Positions 19,501 to 29,400 of a DNA stretch of 59,398 nt are shown piece by piece. Both the position numbers and the translations under genes were made by a program. The notes below the pieces were generated by a model that was given only the letters and a program-made list of their open reading frames with translations, was not told the DNA's origin and searched no databases. Each line of letters starts with the position of its first letter. Within the stretch, counting starts at the first letter, position 1. Source of the DNA: a virus (lineage: Duplodnaviria; Caudoviricetes); the IMG/VR virus record IMGVR_UViG_3300017985_000016, positions 1-59,398 of that record. The stretch is one strand, 5' to 3'.

Positions 19501-22500
19501 ATAACCATTTTCTGTACGGAATTGTTCTCCACCGTTATACATTAAACGCATTGCAGCGTTTCTGTCTGCGTACCAAATCCACTCGTTGTCTACATCGTTA
19601 TATACACCAACACGATTGTTATTATCATGCATGAAGACCATGCGGTCATTAATTGAGAAACCTTCGTATCCACCACGTGCTTGTCCAGTGATTGCAAATG
19701 AACCATAATCACCGTTTGGAGATCTTAGAACTACACCGTCATCAAGTTGAATGGTAGACATTCTAGACTGACCAGCGAAGTTACCGAAGAAAGCATCATT
19801 ATTGTGATCATAGAAGATTGGTGAACGCATAGATCTAGATGCGTATGCGTCACCACGATAGTTTACATAGAATGTTGTTGCGAGTGCACCTGCACCTGCG
19901 CCACCAGTACCTTCTGCAGTCTGAACGATGAAGTTACCAGAACCTTCTTTGTCAAGGTTATCTGAAGACGAACCATCGTTGTAACCAGTTGTTGCACCAA
20001 TTCTTACTTGTGGTGTGAAGTTTGCGTTGCTGTCTTGGAACTGGAAGTTGATCCACGACTCAGGTGTATCAATGTCACCTGTACCAGTACCGTTGTCAAT
20101 CCAAAGTGCATTGAAGTCGTCGCTTGGATCTCCTGTCTTTCTCAGACGAAGAGTATTCAGTCTTGACTCAGAGTTACCATCGATATAGAACGATGTGTCA
20201 TTTCTATCGTAGAAGACATTGCGATATGCAAGTGTTCCGTAATCAGCAACAAGGAAGTCTACTGAATCGTTATCGATGTTTACACGTTGTGCGTTGTTAG
20301 TGAAAAAACGGATTTGATCGTTGGCGGTAAATCCAAAGTATGTGGTTGTATCACCTCTATGACGAATGAAGTCGTCGATGTCGATACGAGACATATTTGA
20401 TGTAGATGCGAAGTCGCCGTAATATGCATTGTCATTTGAATCATAATAACGAGGTGCATAGACATTAATTGAGAAGTCTGCAGAGTTATTATCAATATTC
20501 AGACGTTGTGTACCATTTGTCCAGAAACGGATTGTATCGTTTGCTTCAAATCCAAAATAAGTATTGACATCTCCACGATGTCTGATATAATCATCAATGT
20601 CAATTGTAGAAAGAACTGAAGTACCATCTGGATCAACAAAGTAAGTTGTATTTGCAGACGACACAAAATTACCAGCTTGGATATCACCAGTTGAGTAGAT
20701 AGTTGCATTGTTTCGTACACGCAAATACGTTGCATCTGTTTGATACCAACCAGAACCCCATCCAAATCCTAGTTCTTCGTCTTTTAGGAATGATGAAGTT
20801 CCACGACCAAATACGATTGCGTCATTGTTTCCATTAAGTTGGATAGAACCATTTACATGTAGTCTATTGTTGGTAATACTACCCAGAACAGGAGTAGCAT
20901 CTGAACTTCCATAAGTTGCAGATTCACCACCGACAACAACTGCACCACCACCATTAATAGTGAATAGATTGTCTGCACTTGCGTTCCAGAACTTAACTGC
21001 AGTCGCATCTGAATCTGGTACAAAGTTAAGGTTACCAGTTGCGTCACCCGCAATCTTTTGAACACCAGTACCATCGTTATAGAAATGAATATATCTGTTG
21101 CTGTTATCGAATGGGTTGTTGCCCATATCGATACGGTTCATGTACATTAGTGCATATGCACCATTCGCACCAGAGATGGCGATAGATGGGTTGTTGTTTC
21201 CACCAAACCCATTGTAAGATGCAAGAGAAATACCACCAGTACCAGTGTTGTCGTTCCATCTGTCAACATCAGTAACGTTACCAATTTGGACACGACCATC
21301 AACCGCAAGAGACGTATTGTTTCCTGTGTTGTCTAGGTCTAAGTAATATGTTGTGCCAGATGCACCAAGGTATCTTGGTGCACGAACGTTATTGAAAGAT
21401 TGCGTGATTGCATCTGTAACATTCAGTTTAAGTGTACTACCAATCGTAACTCGCCAATCATTTGCAGCGGCAAATCCCATATAGTCATTGATTGATTGTG
21501 CATGATAGATAAAGTCGTCGATGTAAATACTCGACATGATCGACGCAGATGCAGGATTGACGAAGTAGTTTGAGTCATCTGAATCATAGAATGTTGGTGC
21601 ATAAACTCCTACAGTAAAGTCTGCAGAGTTGTTGTCAATGTTTAATCTTTCTGTACCACCAGTTTGGAAACTGATTTGATCCGCACCATCAAATCCCATA
21701 CGTGTGTCTGTATCACCATTATGGAAGATGTAAGTATCGATACCGATTGTATTCGCAACAGACGCTTTATCACCATCGAAGAAATATGTGTCATCGTCAT
21801 TGTCGACGAAACGACCAGAACGAATATCCTGATCTGCAACAATATTGTTCGCAGTGATATCACCAATGATTGCACTGTTCGCATTGATAGTCTGGGAGAT
21901 AATGTCGTCAGCGGTCAGATCATTGGTGATATACGCATTATTCGCAGTTAAGTCTTCAGTGATGTTTGCATCTCTACCTGCAGAGATGTCACGTGTTGCA
22001 ATAACGTCTTGTCCTGCAGTTACGTCACCTGCAGTTGCAGTCACATCGTTTGCAGCGGTAACGTCATTACCTGCTGATACATCATTCCCTGCAGTTACGT
22101 TTCCTGCAGTCGCATCGATATTACCAGTTGTTGCAGTAATGTTATTCTGTGCAGTAATACTGTTTCCTGCAGTTACATTACCTGTAGTAGCTGCGATATT
22201 ACCCGCATCTGCAGTGATATTACCATTAGTTGCATTGATATTATTGTTTGCAACGATATCATCATACGCAGTGATGTCGCCTTCTGAAATAATATTACCC
22301 TGTGCAACATTGTTACCAGATACAATCCAGTCTTCGTCTGAGTTTAGATATGCACCGTAGTTAAAGTTCTGTTTGAGGAAACCAATTTCCCCATTGTTTG
22401 AATACAGAGTATTATTAAGACCACTACCGTCAAAGAAAATCTGTGCAGCACCATTGTTGTCTCCAATAGTGATATCACCTTTAACATCAAGGTTTTCGGT

Positions 22501-23436
22501 TGCTTCTATACCGTCAGAGATACCTTTAAGTTTTGTCGCACTATTGTAAAGGATCTCACCCCAACCTTCGACACCAACTTTTGCAGATCTTAGACCTTGG
22601 TAGGAAGTACCATATCCGCCAGTGATGTTAACATTTGCACTACCTGAACTTGCAGCACGAAGAAGAAGATCATTATCAGCAACTGATCTAATCTCAATTG
22701 TTTCAAGTGCATAATCACCGATTGTCCACCAGTCTGCAGCTTCATTCCAAATGAAGGAAACATTTGTAGATGTTCCTCTTTCAATTTCAATACCTGCATT
22801 TTCAGAAGGCGTACCTGTAACATTACTATTCAACAATAGAATGTTATCTGCGATTGTTACTGTTTCAGAAGAGATGGTTGTCGTCGTACCGAAAACTGTC
22901 AAGTTACCTGTGATAATGTACGAACCATCCATTGTATCGTCTTCATCAGAACGAACAAACTGGATAGAGTCTAAACCATCAAGTGTTGCAGCGTCGAATG
23001 AACCACCATTACGTGCTTCGTCATCTGTCGTAATAATACGACGACCTTCGATATTTGTGGTTGACAATCCTGTGAAAGTTGTGTTACCATTTTCAATAGA
23101 AAGTCTTGCAACACCGTTTTGTTTGAAGACTAGACCATCATCACCGTTATGAAACTCAATACCATTTGTAGAGTTAAAGATACCGTAATCGTTTAGGGTT
23201 CCAAGGTTCTCAACATTCAATGCACCAGAAGGTCCAACGAATTGAATGATGGGTGCACCTGCAGAACCAGAGTCGTTCGTAACTTTTAAGGTAGGATATG
23301 AAGGAAGAGTGGCCTCAATATGAGTAGGACCATCTACTTGAAGTTTACTAACACCATCGTCAGTAGACGTACCAATGAGTACGTCTCCAAGAGTTTGGAG
23401 GCCATTTTTGACTATAAATTTCTTATCGTTTGCCAT
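13555..23436 (-). CDS. Giant modular tail fibre/adhesin (about 3293 aa) with C-terminal S74 intramolecular chaperone
   Basis: C-terminal AYA-SDGRLKENV..I..AL.KL..I.GV.YDW, GVIAQEVE.VLPEVV, V.YE....LLIEAVK. About 20 R(S/A)PIFYDxNNTxYY linker repeats, a GNVTA beta-helix at about 21850-22350, and a CBM-like insert at about 18250-18620. Start set at ATG 23436. Confidence 0.85.
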   Translation of the reverse strand: MANDKKFIVKNGLQTLGDVLIGTSTDDGVSKLQVDGPTHIEATLPSYPTLKVTNDSGSAGAPIIQFVGPSGALNVENLGTLNDYGIFNSTNGIEFHNGDDGLVFKQNGVARLSIENGNTTFTGLSTTNIEGRRIITTDDEARNGGSFDAATLDGLDSIQFVRSDEDDTMDGSYIITGNLTVFGTTTTISSETVTIADNILLLNSNVTGTPSENAGIEIERGTSTNVSFIWNEAADWWTIGDYALETIEIRSVADNDLLLRAASSGSANVNITGGYGTSYQGLRSAKVGVEGWGEILYNSATKLKGISDGIEATENLDVKGDITIGDNNGAAQIFFDGSGLNNTLYSNNGEIGFLKQNFNYGAYLNSDEDWIVSGNNVAQGNIISEGDITAYDDIVANNNINATNGNITADAGNIAATTGNVTAGNSITAQNNITATTGNIDATAGNVTAGNDVSAGNDVTAANDVTATAGDVTAGQDVIATRDISAGRDANITEDLTANNAYITNDLTADDIISQTINANSAIIGDITANNIVADQDIRSGRFVDNDDDTYFFDGDKASVANTIGIDTYIFHNGDTDTRMGFDGADQISFQTGGTERLNIDNNSADFTVGVYAPTFYDSDDSNYFVNPASASIMSSIYIDDFIYHAQSINDYMGFAAANDWRVTIGSTLKLNVTDAITQSFNNVRAPRYLGASGTTYYLDLDNTGNNTSLAVDGRVQIGNVTDVDRWNDNTGTGGISLASYNGFGGNNNPSIAISGANGAYALMYMNRIDMGNNPFDNSNRYIHFYNDGTGVQKIAGDATGNLNFVPDSDATAVKFWNASADNLFTINGGGAVVVGGESATYGSSDATPVLGSITNNRLHVNGSIQLNGNNDAIVFGRGTSSFLKDEELGFGWGSGWYQTDATYLRVRNNATIYSTGDIQAGNFVSSANTTYFVDPDGTSVLSTIDIDDYIRHRGDVNTYFGFEANDTIRFWTNGTQRLNIDNNSADFSINVYAPRYYDSNDNAYYGDFASTSNMSRIDIDDFIRHRGDTTTYFGFTANDQIRFFTNNAQRVNIDNDSVDFLVADYGTLAYRNVFYDRNDTSFYIDGNSESRLNTLRLRKTGDPSDDFNALWIDNGTGTGDIDTPESWINFQFQDSNANFTPQVRIGATTGYNDGSSSDNLDKEGSGNFIVQTAEGTGGAGAGALATTFYVNYRGDAYASRSMRSPIFYDHNNDAFFGNFAGQSRMSTIQLDDGVVLRSPNGDYGSFAITGQARGGYEGFSINDRMVFMHDNNNRVGVYNDVDNEWIWYADRNAAMRLMYNGGEQFRTENGYAFAPNQMRSPIFYDSNNTSYYADPASTSIFNIMRANRYQVDGSTYYIDTASGDYGSIRVEGAKNGWAGYAIRDDYVFMSNGANEVGIYNDTDNEWILKGFRNARLELMYNGGVQAQTQNGYFDMPNQARSPIYYDRNNTGYYGDFASHSRMSSISVGNQGAIANNTYAMSLYHNNRYMLAIRSSLAGSQYPWLVNENWNGYDGTARESLIFHFNAVGDRFWFDKAGNFKASKSITAPEINLNGGNGNLNLSPAYGSGHADQVLFDGTEYFDKRVTQALAPNENSLTTSTSEFVRATTGPFAGSYVLQTSGYRDFYSAYIPVEPGEELYGEISVRRISGSGGVLYYGIERYDQNISPIAGNSGTTYFVASNVNYTSTNWSTYRGYTTIPSNCYYVRIRILMNYSGGGALRQYAGIMLKRSNYHGRLRGDDIVVTGDVTADRYYDRNDTNYYLDPASTSYVNDIRFNIGYDRNNTNYYINPASTSRLANIDIAPTLSNGYARIRSIMTSGYPALEYSDSAPGNSSGDQHFVWGANDTGAGRMQLRWRGGTAFGSAWYSEGTLLAEFIGDNSAVNFPQSAGVRSPIFYDYNNTGYYVNPASTSRMVHLRLSSGDSYLKVGSNAATQTTRDGNRPQIEIGANHAYPHFTLSSWGTNTNHGGVISFRSRRDSSNNVRRWNIGTANYQANSLDFGYYDNQENPHYGVGTSWSQDAYTRFIIRTGYTEAKGSMRSPIFYDVNDTNYYGDFASTSRLNDSWHNQLRMRNGGQMLFYTNEGNGEQTIRGYIRATSSNDAHFQFATSGGEDIRFMDGGLSGTWNMIIRGDGDTLINRNIYAQVFYDRNNSGYYTNPASTSRMNVVTADQFNMADRGDWITFYGDDSTYHGIASRDSGGSTSDDIRINTYGSLFINLDSNNNNSSGADFRIGRHGAATGTISNFGLFDVYGDALYVYTGYSFRAPIFYDSNNTAYYVDPAGTSRLANITANFLQFDNGFDIYDDDADTLSIRSNNSDHGEIIFRDSNSTACGRIYWDDDGQHFGLKHANDEWGIYLYENAHTYIYYNGRWEARADSGYWRSERSSRAPIFYDLNNTFYYTNPASTSRLNAAEFYGKAYFYARQNDSAGSHSSYDVTGTDYLNNVAAEFWSGNDAPVTIYFRSGVNAPSDHAYITFDPDFNNTGENAALVLGVDNDGTGSSDYIRLQGRVELHSNLSSSDNSEMQGWWYQTTKYARLNTDYFDHISDIRSPIFYDRNNTGYYVNPASTSNLNTVLINRLRLDDGGSSGHLYTDDTYLDLRYGATGGGGVRLYDSQGQLQGYWYGSGGGEHGLLDNDGAWAVRVRTSTNPLELRCNNNTEFYVYTSYTYSPGSSRAPIFYDANNTGYYFDGASTSRSNYHRINNLYDSQERRYTSPNGGTYTTTSSSVTGAIRIGLPRSRYRSATMMKFKVTVYEYSTGRMHEFIIGGYNYSGDNNWYNESATQLTDDNRGAYTVRWGRENFSGGNRDVVWIGESNSSWSYPQVHVQWIDVGYSGYSTAWGQDWVIGFDSNGFSNVSRTRTASLVYTLNNRDNWAYDMRARIFYDNNNTSYYVDPNGTSRLANVTMNFLQFDNGFDIYDDDSDTMSIRSNNSDHGEIIFRDSNSTACGRIYWDDDGQHFGLQHANGEWAVYMYENSHTYIYYNGRWEARADSGYWRSERSSRAPIFYDLNNTGYYFNGASDTSAVVNGGIKWGATNAESRGGFIGRHGSNSGGLNTDAYPSPGYSIGYSYRPSGTGLSNHYGYGYAHTNASFFSLSGQSGWGFYVSADGDARVQLSGSNGTVSCTGNVVAYASDGRLKENVTPITEALDKLHKIRGVEYDWVENIESEYDFHPTKMHEVGVIAQEVEAVLPEVVVEAPFNANYTMQLGRKAYKKYLEERDGEEWDTLKAKEEFEKLTKDEMLEWGTDHKYLTVNYERITALLIEAVKDVDNKYKEEVSSLREEIAELKKMILNK
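14404..16638 (-). repeat. Dispersed 393-nt (131-codon) duplication inside the giant fibre: copies at 14404-14796 and 16246-16638
   Basis: Manual alignment gives 118/131 identical residues with heavy synonymous divergence. Confidence 0.9.
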
Positions 23437-23470
23437 TCGGTTCACTCTCCCCAGAATTAGGCAGTATTAT

Positions 23471-26400
23471 TTAATCTTTTATTAGAGTTGCAAAGGTTAC
23501 GAACTCCGTAGATGATGATTGTGATGGAGTAACCAAAACTTGAACATCGCTACCATTAATTATAACATCGTAAGTTGCAAGGTCAGTGTTTGTCACCACC
23601 TTACCAAACTCTGTTGCTGATGCAGTAGTGCCATCATGAACAATCAACATTTTTGTAATATGTTTATTTATTCCATTTTTACCAGTAATAATGAATTCAC
23701 CACCCATAAAATCTGCATGAGCGAAACTAAACAATACAGTTGGAGATGTTGTTGTTAGTGTTAATGACTCAGAATGGAATGCAGAATAATCTTGTGAGAT
23801 GACAGCTTGGACTTCCAAGTTCCCTGTCATCGTATCACCAGTTTCGTTTACATATCTATTATCTGCAGTTGCTTGGTCAAGATAAAGTCTGACTTCTTTG
23901 GAAACTCCAACAACGTGACCAAACTGATCTACGTCAACTGCAGAGATAAATTCTGGTGCAAGTGCAGTATTTGCGAATGCAACATTTGCTTGACTAGAAG
24001 TATCTGTATGAGATATTTCAACGTTCGCATTGATCGTTCCACCAACGATATCCAAACCATCACCAACACTGATTACAGTATCAGAAGATGTGAACATAGA
24101 ACCGTTTGCGAGGTTTACTAGATCTGTGAAACCGTTGACGAAACCATATAGTGTGATACGAGGATCACGGTTGATTGTTCCATCAATTATCACATTCTGT
24201 TCAAATGTAGAGTTACCAGTTACTGTATCACCTGTCAGATTGAAGTAACGTGAATCTAGTTGACCACCATCCAACTCTGCTTCAGTGTAGTATCTGTTAT
24301 CTAATTGACCTGCATCCAGTTCAGTTTCTGTGTAGTAACGGTTGTCAAGTTGACCACCATCCAACTCTGCTTCAGTGTAGTATCTACCGTCGAGATCCGT
24401 AGAAGAAGTTGTTTGTGCATGACCGAACTCATCAAAGGTAATACCAGTTAAAACATTTGGAAGTGACAAACTTGTGTTTGCAATACTAGAAGTGTCTGCG
24501 TGACCAACATCGAACGTAAAACTGTTTGCACTGTTTAAGTTAAATCTATAGTTGACATTTGTCGAATTAACTGTTACACCAGTGTTTGCATAGATGAATA
24601 CTTCACCGTCACCAATAAGGTTTTGTGCGTTGTTAGCAGACGCATCTAAGATTTCTTGTGCAGAGTATCCATCAACAGTGTCTGCATCAAGGCCTGATCC
24701 ATCCCCATCTACTGTCAGAAGAAGATTAAGGATCTCTGTTGCAGTTTGATCCCCTGTCGCCCCTGCTTCGATGTTGTCTAGTTTCGCACCATCTGCCGCA
24801 ATATCACGTCCGTCAACAGTACCACTTACAGTAACGTTTCCTGTGACATCAATGTCTGCACCGAAGTTTACAGTCTCATCAAATGAGTCAATCTTCTGTA
24901 GGAATACAGATCCGTCACCAGTGAAAATTCCTAGTGTGTTATTTGCAGAAGTGTAAACAAAGTCATCAACACCTGCGACTGCAGTGTTGGACATTGTAGT
25001 GATACGACCATCTGCAGCTACAGTGATAATTGGTATTTGGGAAGCAGTACCATAAACTCCTGCAACAACACCAGTGGTTGAGATGTCTGCAGTGACTTCG
25101 ACTGTACCGTTCGAAGATGTCGCAGTACCAGTCACATCACCAAGAAGGTTTACAGTTGTTTCGGTTCTTAGATGATATACTGATCCATCACCAGAAGACA
25201 ATGTGATTGTATTGTTAGCGGCATCATATGAGAAGTCATCGATACCACCTACCGCTGCGGTATTTGCAACAGTAATACGACCATCGTCATCAACTGTAAA
25301 CACTGGGATCTGAGATGCAGAACCATATGTACCCGCAGCAACACCAGTATCTTCAAGTTCTGTCGTTACTTGTACAGTACCGTTTGAAGAAGTGGCAGAA
25401 CCAGTAACCTTGCCAGTTAATTCAACTGCAGTTTCAGTAGCAATATGGAACTCTGATCCGTCACCTGTAATCAGTGTGATGGTATTGTTTGCAGGATCGT
25501 ATGAGAAACTATCGACACCCGCAACAGATGCAGTGTTTGCAAGAGTAATTCTACCATCAACATCAATTGTGATGACTGGGATCTCAGTAGACGAACCGTA
25601 AGTGTTTGCAACGACACCAGTGTCTTCTAGTTCAGTTGCAATTTGAACTGTACCGTTTGAAGAGGTTGCAGTTCCTGTTACTTTACCAGAAAGTTCTACT
25701 GTGGTCTCTGTCTGAATATGGAACTCAGAACCATCACCAGTAACGATAGTAATTGTGTTGTTCGAATTCTCGTAACTTACACCGTCGACGCCTGCAACTG
25801 ATGCAGTACTTGCAAGAGTGACAAGACCATGTTCGTCAATTGTCAGAATTGGAATTGCAGTAGAAGAACCGTAAGTGTTTGCAGTGACACCAGATGTTGC
25901 AAATTCTACGACACCGTTGGTCACTACAAAGTCTGCGTTCGCAAATGCAGCAATACCTCTGTTGTCATTTGACGCAAAGGCAGTAGCAAGTTCTGCAGAG
26001 ATTGTGATCGTATTGTTTGTGACTTCAGTGTTGATACCTTCACCCGCAGCAAAGGTAAGTGTCTCACCTAAATTGATATTTTCTGCAGGAGTATATTGTT
26101 CTGAAACAGTAATTTGACCAGAACGATCTGTATTGTTAATATCAATATAGTAATATGTACCAACCGTATCTGGAACAAATGTAAGTGTTTCACCACCTGT
26201 TGCACCTTGGTTTGTTACACCAAATGCCGCATCACCAGTACCAGATGTTTCGGAAGTTTTAATATAAAGTGAAATGGTGTTTGCACCACTTACTGCAAAA
26301 TTAAGTGTATCACCAATATAAACTTGAAGTGTTGGTTCTTCTGTGAAAGAATATGTCTCATCACGTAGAGTACCGTTTACTTGCCACTGATCACCATCAA

Positions 26401-29400
26401 ATAGTGTTAGGTTTGCAGTGACAAAGAATGGTGGAATTGTTGCTTGAGTTTCACCCGCAATAGTAATGTAAGGTGTTGCAATCTTCGCATTAGTGATACC
26501 ACCATCTTTAACACGAGTGATATCGTTAACGATTTCAAGAGTTGAACCATCGACGTTAACGTCAATTGTAAATGTGTTAGAAAGACTTGTACCTTCACCA
26601 CCTTGGATTGCAGCTTGCATAAATCCAAGGGTAACTGCATCGTGAACTTCAACTGGAATACCAACGTTACGAAGTTTTGCACCACCAAATTCGATAACAC
26701 CATTGTTTGCAGAGAAACCTTGTTGGTTTAGAGATATGTTATATCCAAACCATGCATGGTCTTCAACGTAGAATTTGTTTACGTTTGAGATGTCTGCAGG
26801 GTTGATAACAAAACTTGTATCTTGTGAGTCTGCAAACCCACCCGCAATCAAGTTACCAGTAACCGTGAAGTCACCAGTAGTACGGTTTGCAGATGCAAAG
26901 TAATTGAGTGAATTATCAACGAACCCAATAACGCCTGCAGAAGCATAGATGAATGATTTATCTGTGGGTAATGGACCATCAGACATTTCAATAGATGCAG
27001 TATTAGAACCAAAACCCAAAATCAAGTTTCTGATTTGCGATGTTTCAAATGGATCAATAAAGTATTCGATGTTTGCAGAGTCTGCAAAACGAGGAGCAAT
27101 AATTGTGTTGGATGCGGGGATTGTACCATCAGTACGAATATATTGAAGATCCAAGTTTGCAGAATTTAAAACAACAACGTGACCAAATTCATCGAACTCC
27201 AAGTTCTGAATAAACTCACCATCTGCATTATCAGTATTAGTGATAGGAGACGTGTTGTGTGAAATGTTGATCGTGTTACCAGCGTCATCGTAGTACACAT
27301 ACACACCAGTGTGTGTACCGTCACGGAACATCAGACCAGTGATGTCCATCGACACCTCTGTAAAGTCTGGAATCGCATTCGCCTGAAGTTCTACTGGAAG
27401 TTCTGTCGCAAAGTCAATACGACCATCTTCTGTAATACGAACACGAGGAACATAACCATCGTTACCGTAGATACCTGGCTGAACACCTGTCACATCAACT
27501 GCAAGTTCAAATGCAGTACTGTTTGCATTCTGTACTTCAAGACCTCTACCTACAGTCACCGTGGGAGATTGTAGAAGTGCAACTAAGTGAGTATTAGAGT
27601 TGTCTTTTAGAGTAAGTGTGGATGCAAAACCACCTTTTTCCAAATAATACTTCGTAACTGCATCTTGGTCATTGACAGGGTCTGCAAGATTTGTTATAAT
27701 AGTATTGCCAACATTGATAAAACCACCAGGCGCTTCAAGGAACATATTGTTCCCTGCTGGCACTTTGATGATACCATCTTCATCAATAGTCAGTCTTAGA
27801 TGACCTGCAGTATGGAAGTTCAGTTGGTCATTGTCTGCATTAGGAGACGTTTCTGCAGTGATCTTTGTATCCTGATCAACGTCAATAACTGATCCTGCAA
27901 GACCTGCCCAGATGTTTCCATCATATCCTTCAAAACGATTGTCATCCGTATTGAAACGAATCATACCTTCGTATGCAGGTGGTCTCTTAGCTGTTGAACC
28001 AACTGGAAGTGTTAGGGCACCTTCTGTTTCGATGATGACAACATTACTGTCATGACCGATTCTACCTGTGAATAGTTTGTACCAGTTCTTACCAGTACCA
28101 CCCAACATATATGTGTCGTTGTCATTTGGCAACAGGTTAGATGTAAAGTCTGCGACAACTTCAATGTTGTCAATCTCGTTATCACCAAGTCTGATGTTAC
28201 CACCGATAACAACGTTACCAGAAACATCCATGTTTCCATAGAAGTAAACATCTTTGTTTGCATAGAACTGTGCAACGTGGTTTCCACCCGCATAGAAGTT
28301 CAGTTCATCCTGATCTCCGCCTGGCGTATATTCTGCAGTAATCTTTGTGTCTTGATCAACGTCAACAACCCCACCAAGACCTTGCCAGTTATTACCATTG
28401 TATCCTTCGAACTGATCGTCTGAAGTGTTATAACGGATCATACCTCTACGGAATTGAGGAATTGCATCACGTTGTGCAGATGTGCCGTCTGGAAGTGTTA
28501 GTGCACCAGTTGTATCTAGATTGATGTCGACGTTTGCAGTGATTGCATATTGATCGATTGTCAGTCTGTTGACATCACCAGTATAGAATTTTAGTTGATC
28601 ATTGTCTGATCCTGCAGTATCTTCTGCAGAAATATATGTGTCTTGGTCTACATCGATAACACCGCCAAGACCTGACCATGCAGTACCGTCATAACCTTCA
28701 AACTGACCATCAGTCGTGTTATAACGAATCATACCTTGGATGTTACCAGATCTATCGTTTGTAGATCCTACAGGAAGAACAAGTCCACCTTCTGAGTCGA
28801 TGACGACTGTATTAGATACGATTGTAAGTGTCTCTAAGTCAAGAGACGTGATTGTTTCCAAATTTACATTTGAATTTAAAACAAATTCTCTACCATTGAC
28901 GAGTGTAAGATCTTTACCTGCAAAGTAGTTACCTTCACCGAAGAACTGAGTCCACGTGACTGCATCTTGGTTGATAGTAAATGTTTCAGCGTCTATAACA
29001 GTTGCAACAAATGCTTTGTTACCATTAACTGTACCATCAACGACAAACTCAAATGCGCCTGGCAGTTCCGAACTCTCATTTGCATATTCGGATCTTTTAA
29101 GAACCCATGGAACAAATGCGTTACCCAATTGAATAACATCATATGTACCATTTTCTGCAGGATTAGTCTGATCTTTAACAAGAATATTATCCCCAATTTC
29201 CCATGTAGTGACACCGTCGATGTTCATTACATTGTATGGGGGAAGAACAAGAGTATTATTTGCAGAGTTGAATGCACCTGCAAGATCGCCAGTCGTCGCA
29301 GCGAGTGCAGACGGTTTTACGTTTAGACCTTGTACGAGGTTGTCGACATACCGTTTGTTGGTGGCATCATTTGGACTTTGCGGATCTGCAACAAATAGAA

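Noticed and set aside
6753-23445. ORF-track starts at 6762, 7366, 10430 and 23445
   Set aside because: Better SD spacing or translational coupling supports 6753 (ATG), 7330 (ATG), 10409 (TTG) and 23436 (ATG).
24241-24396. Direct repeats resembling a CRISPR mini-array
   Set aside because: The 45-nt in-frame units encode a peptide repeat, and the spacer is itself a diverged unit.
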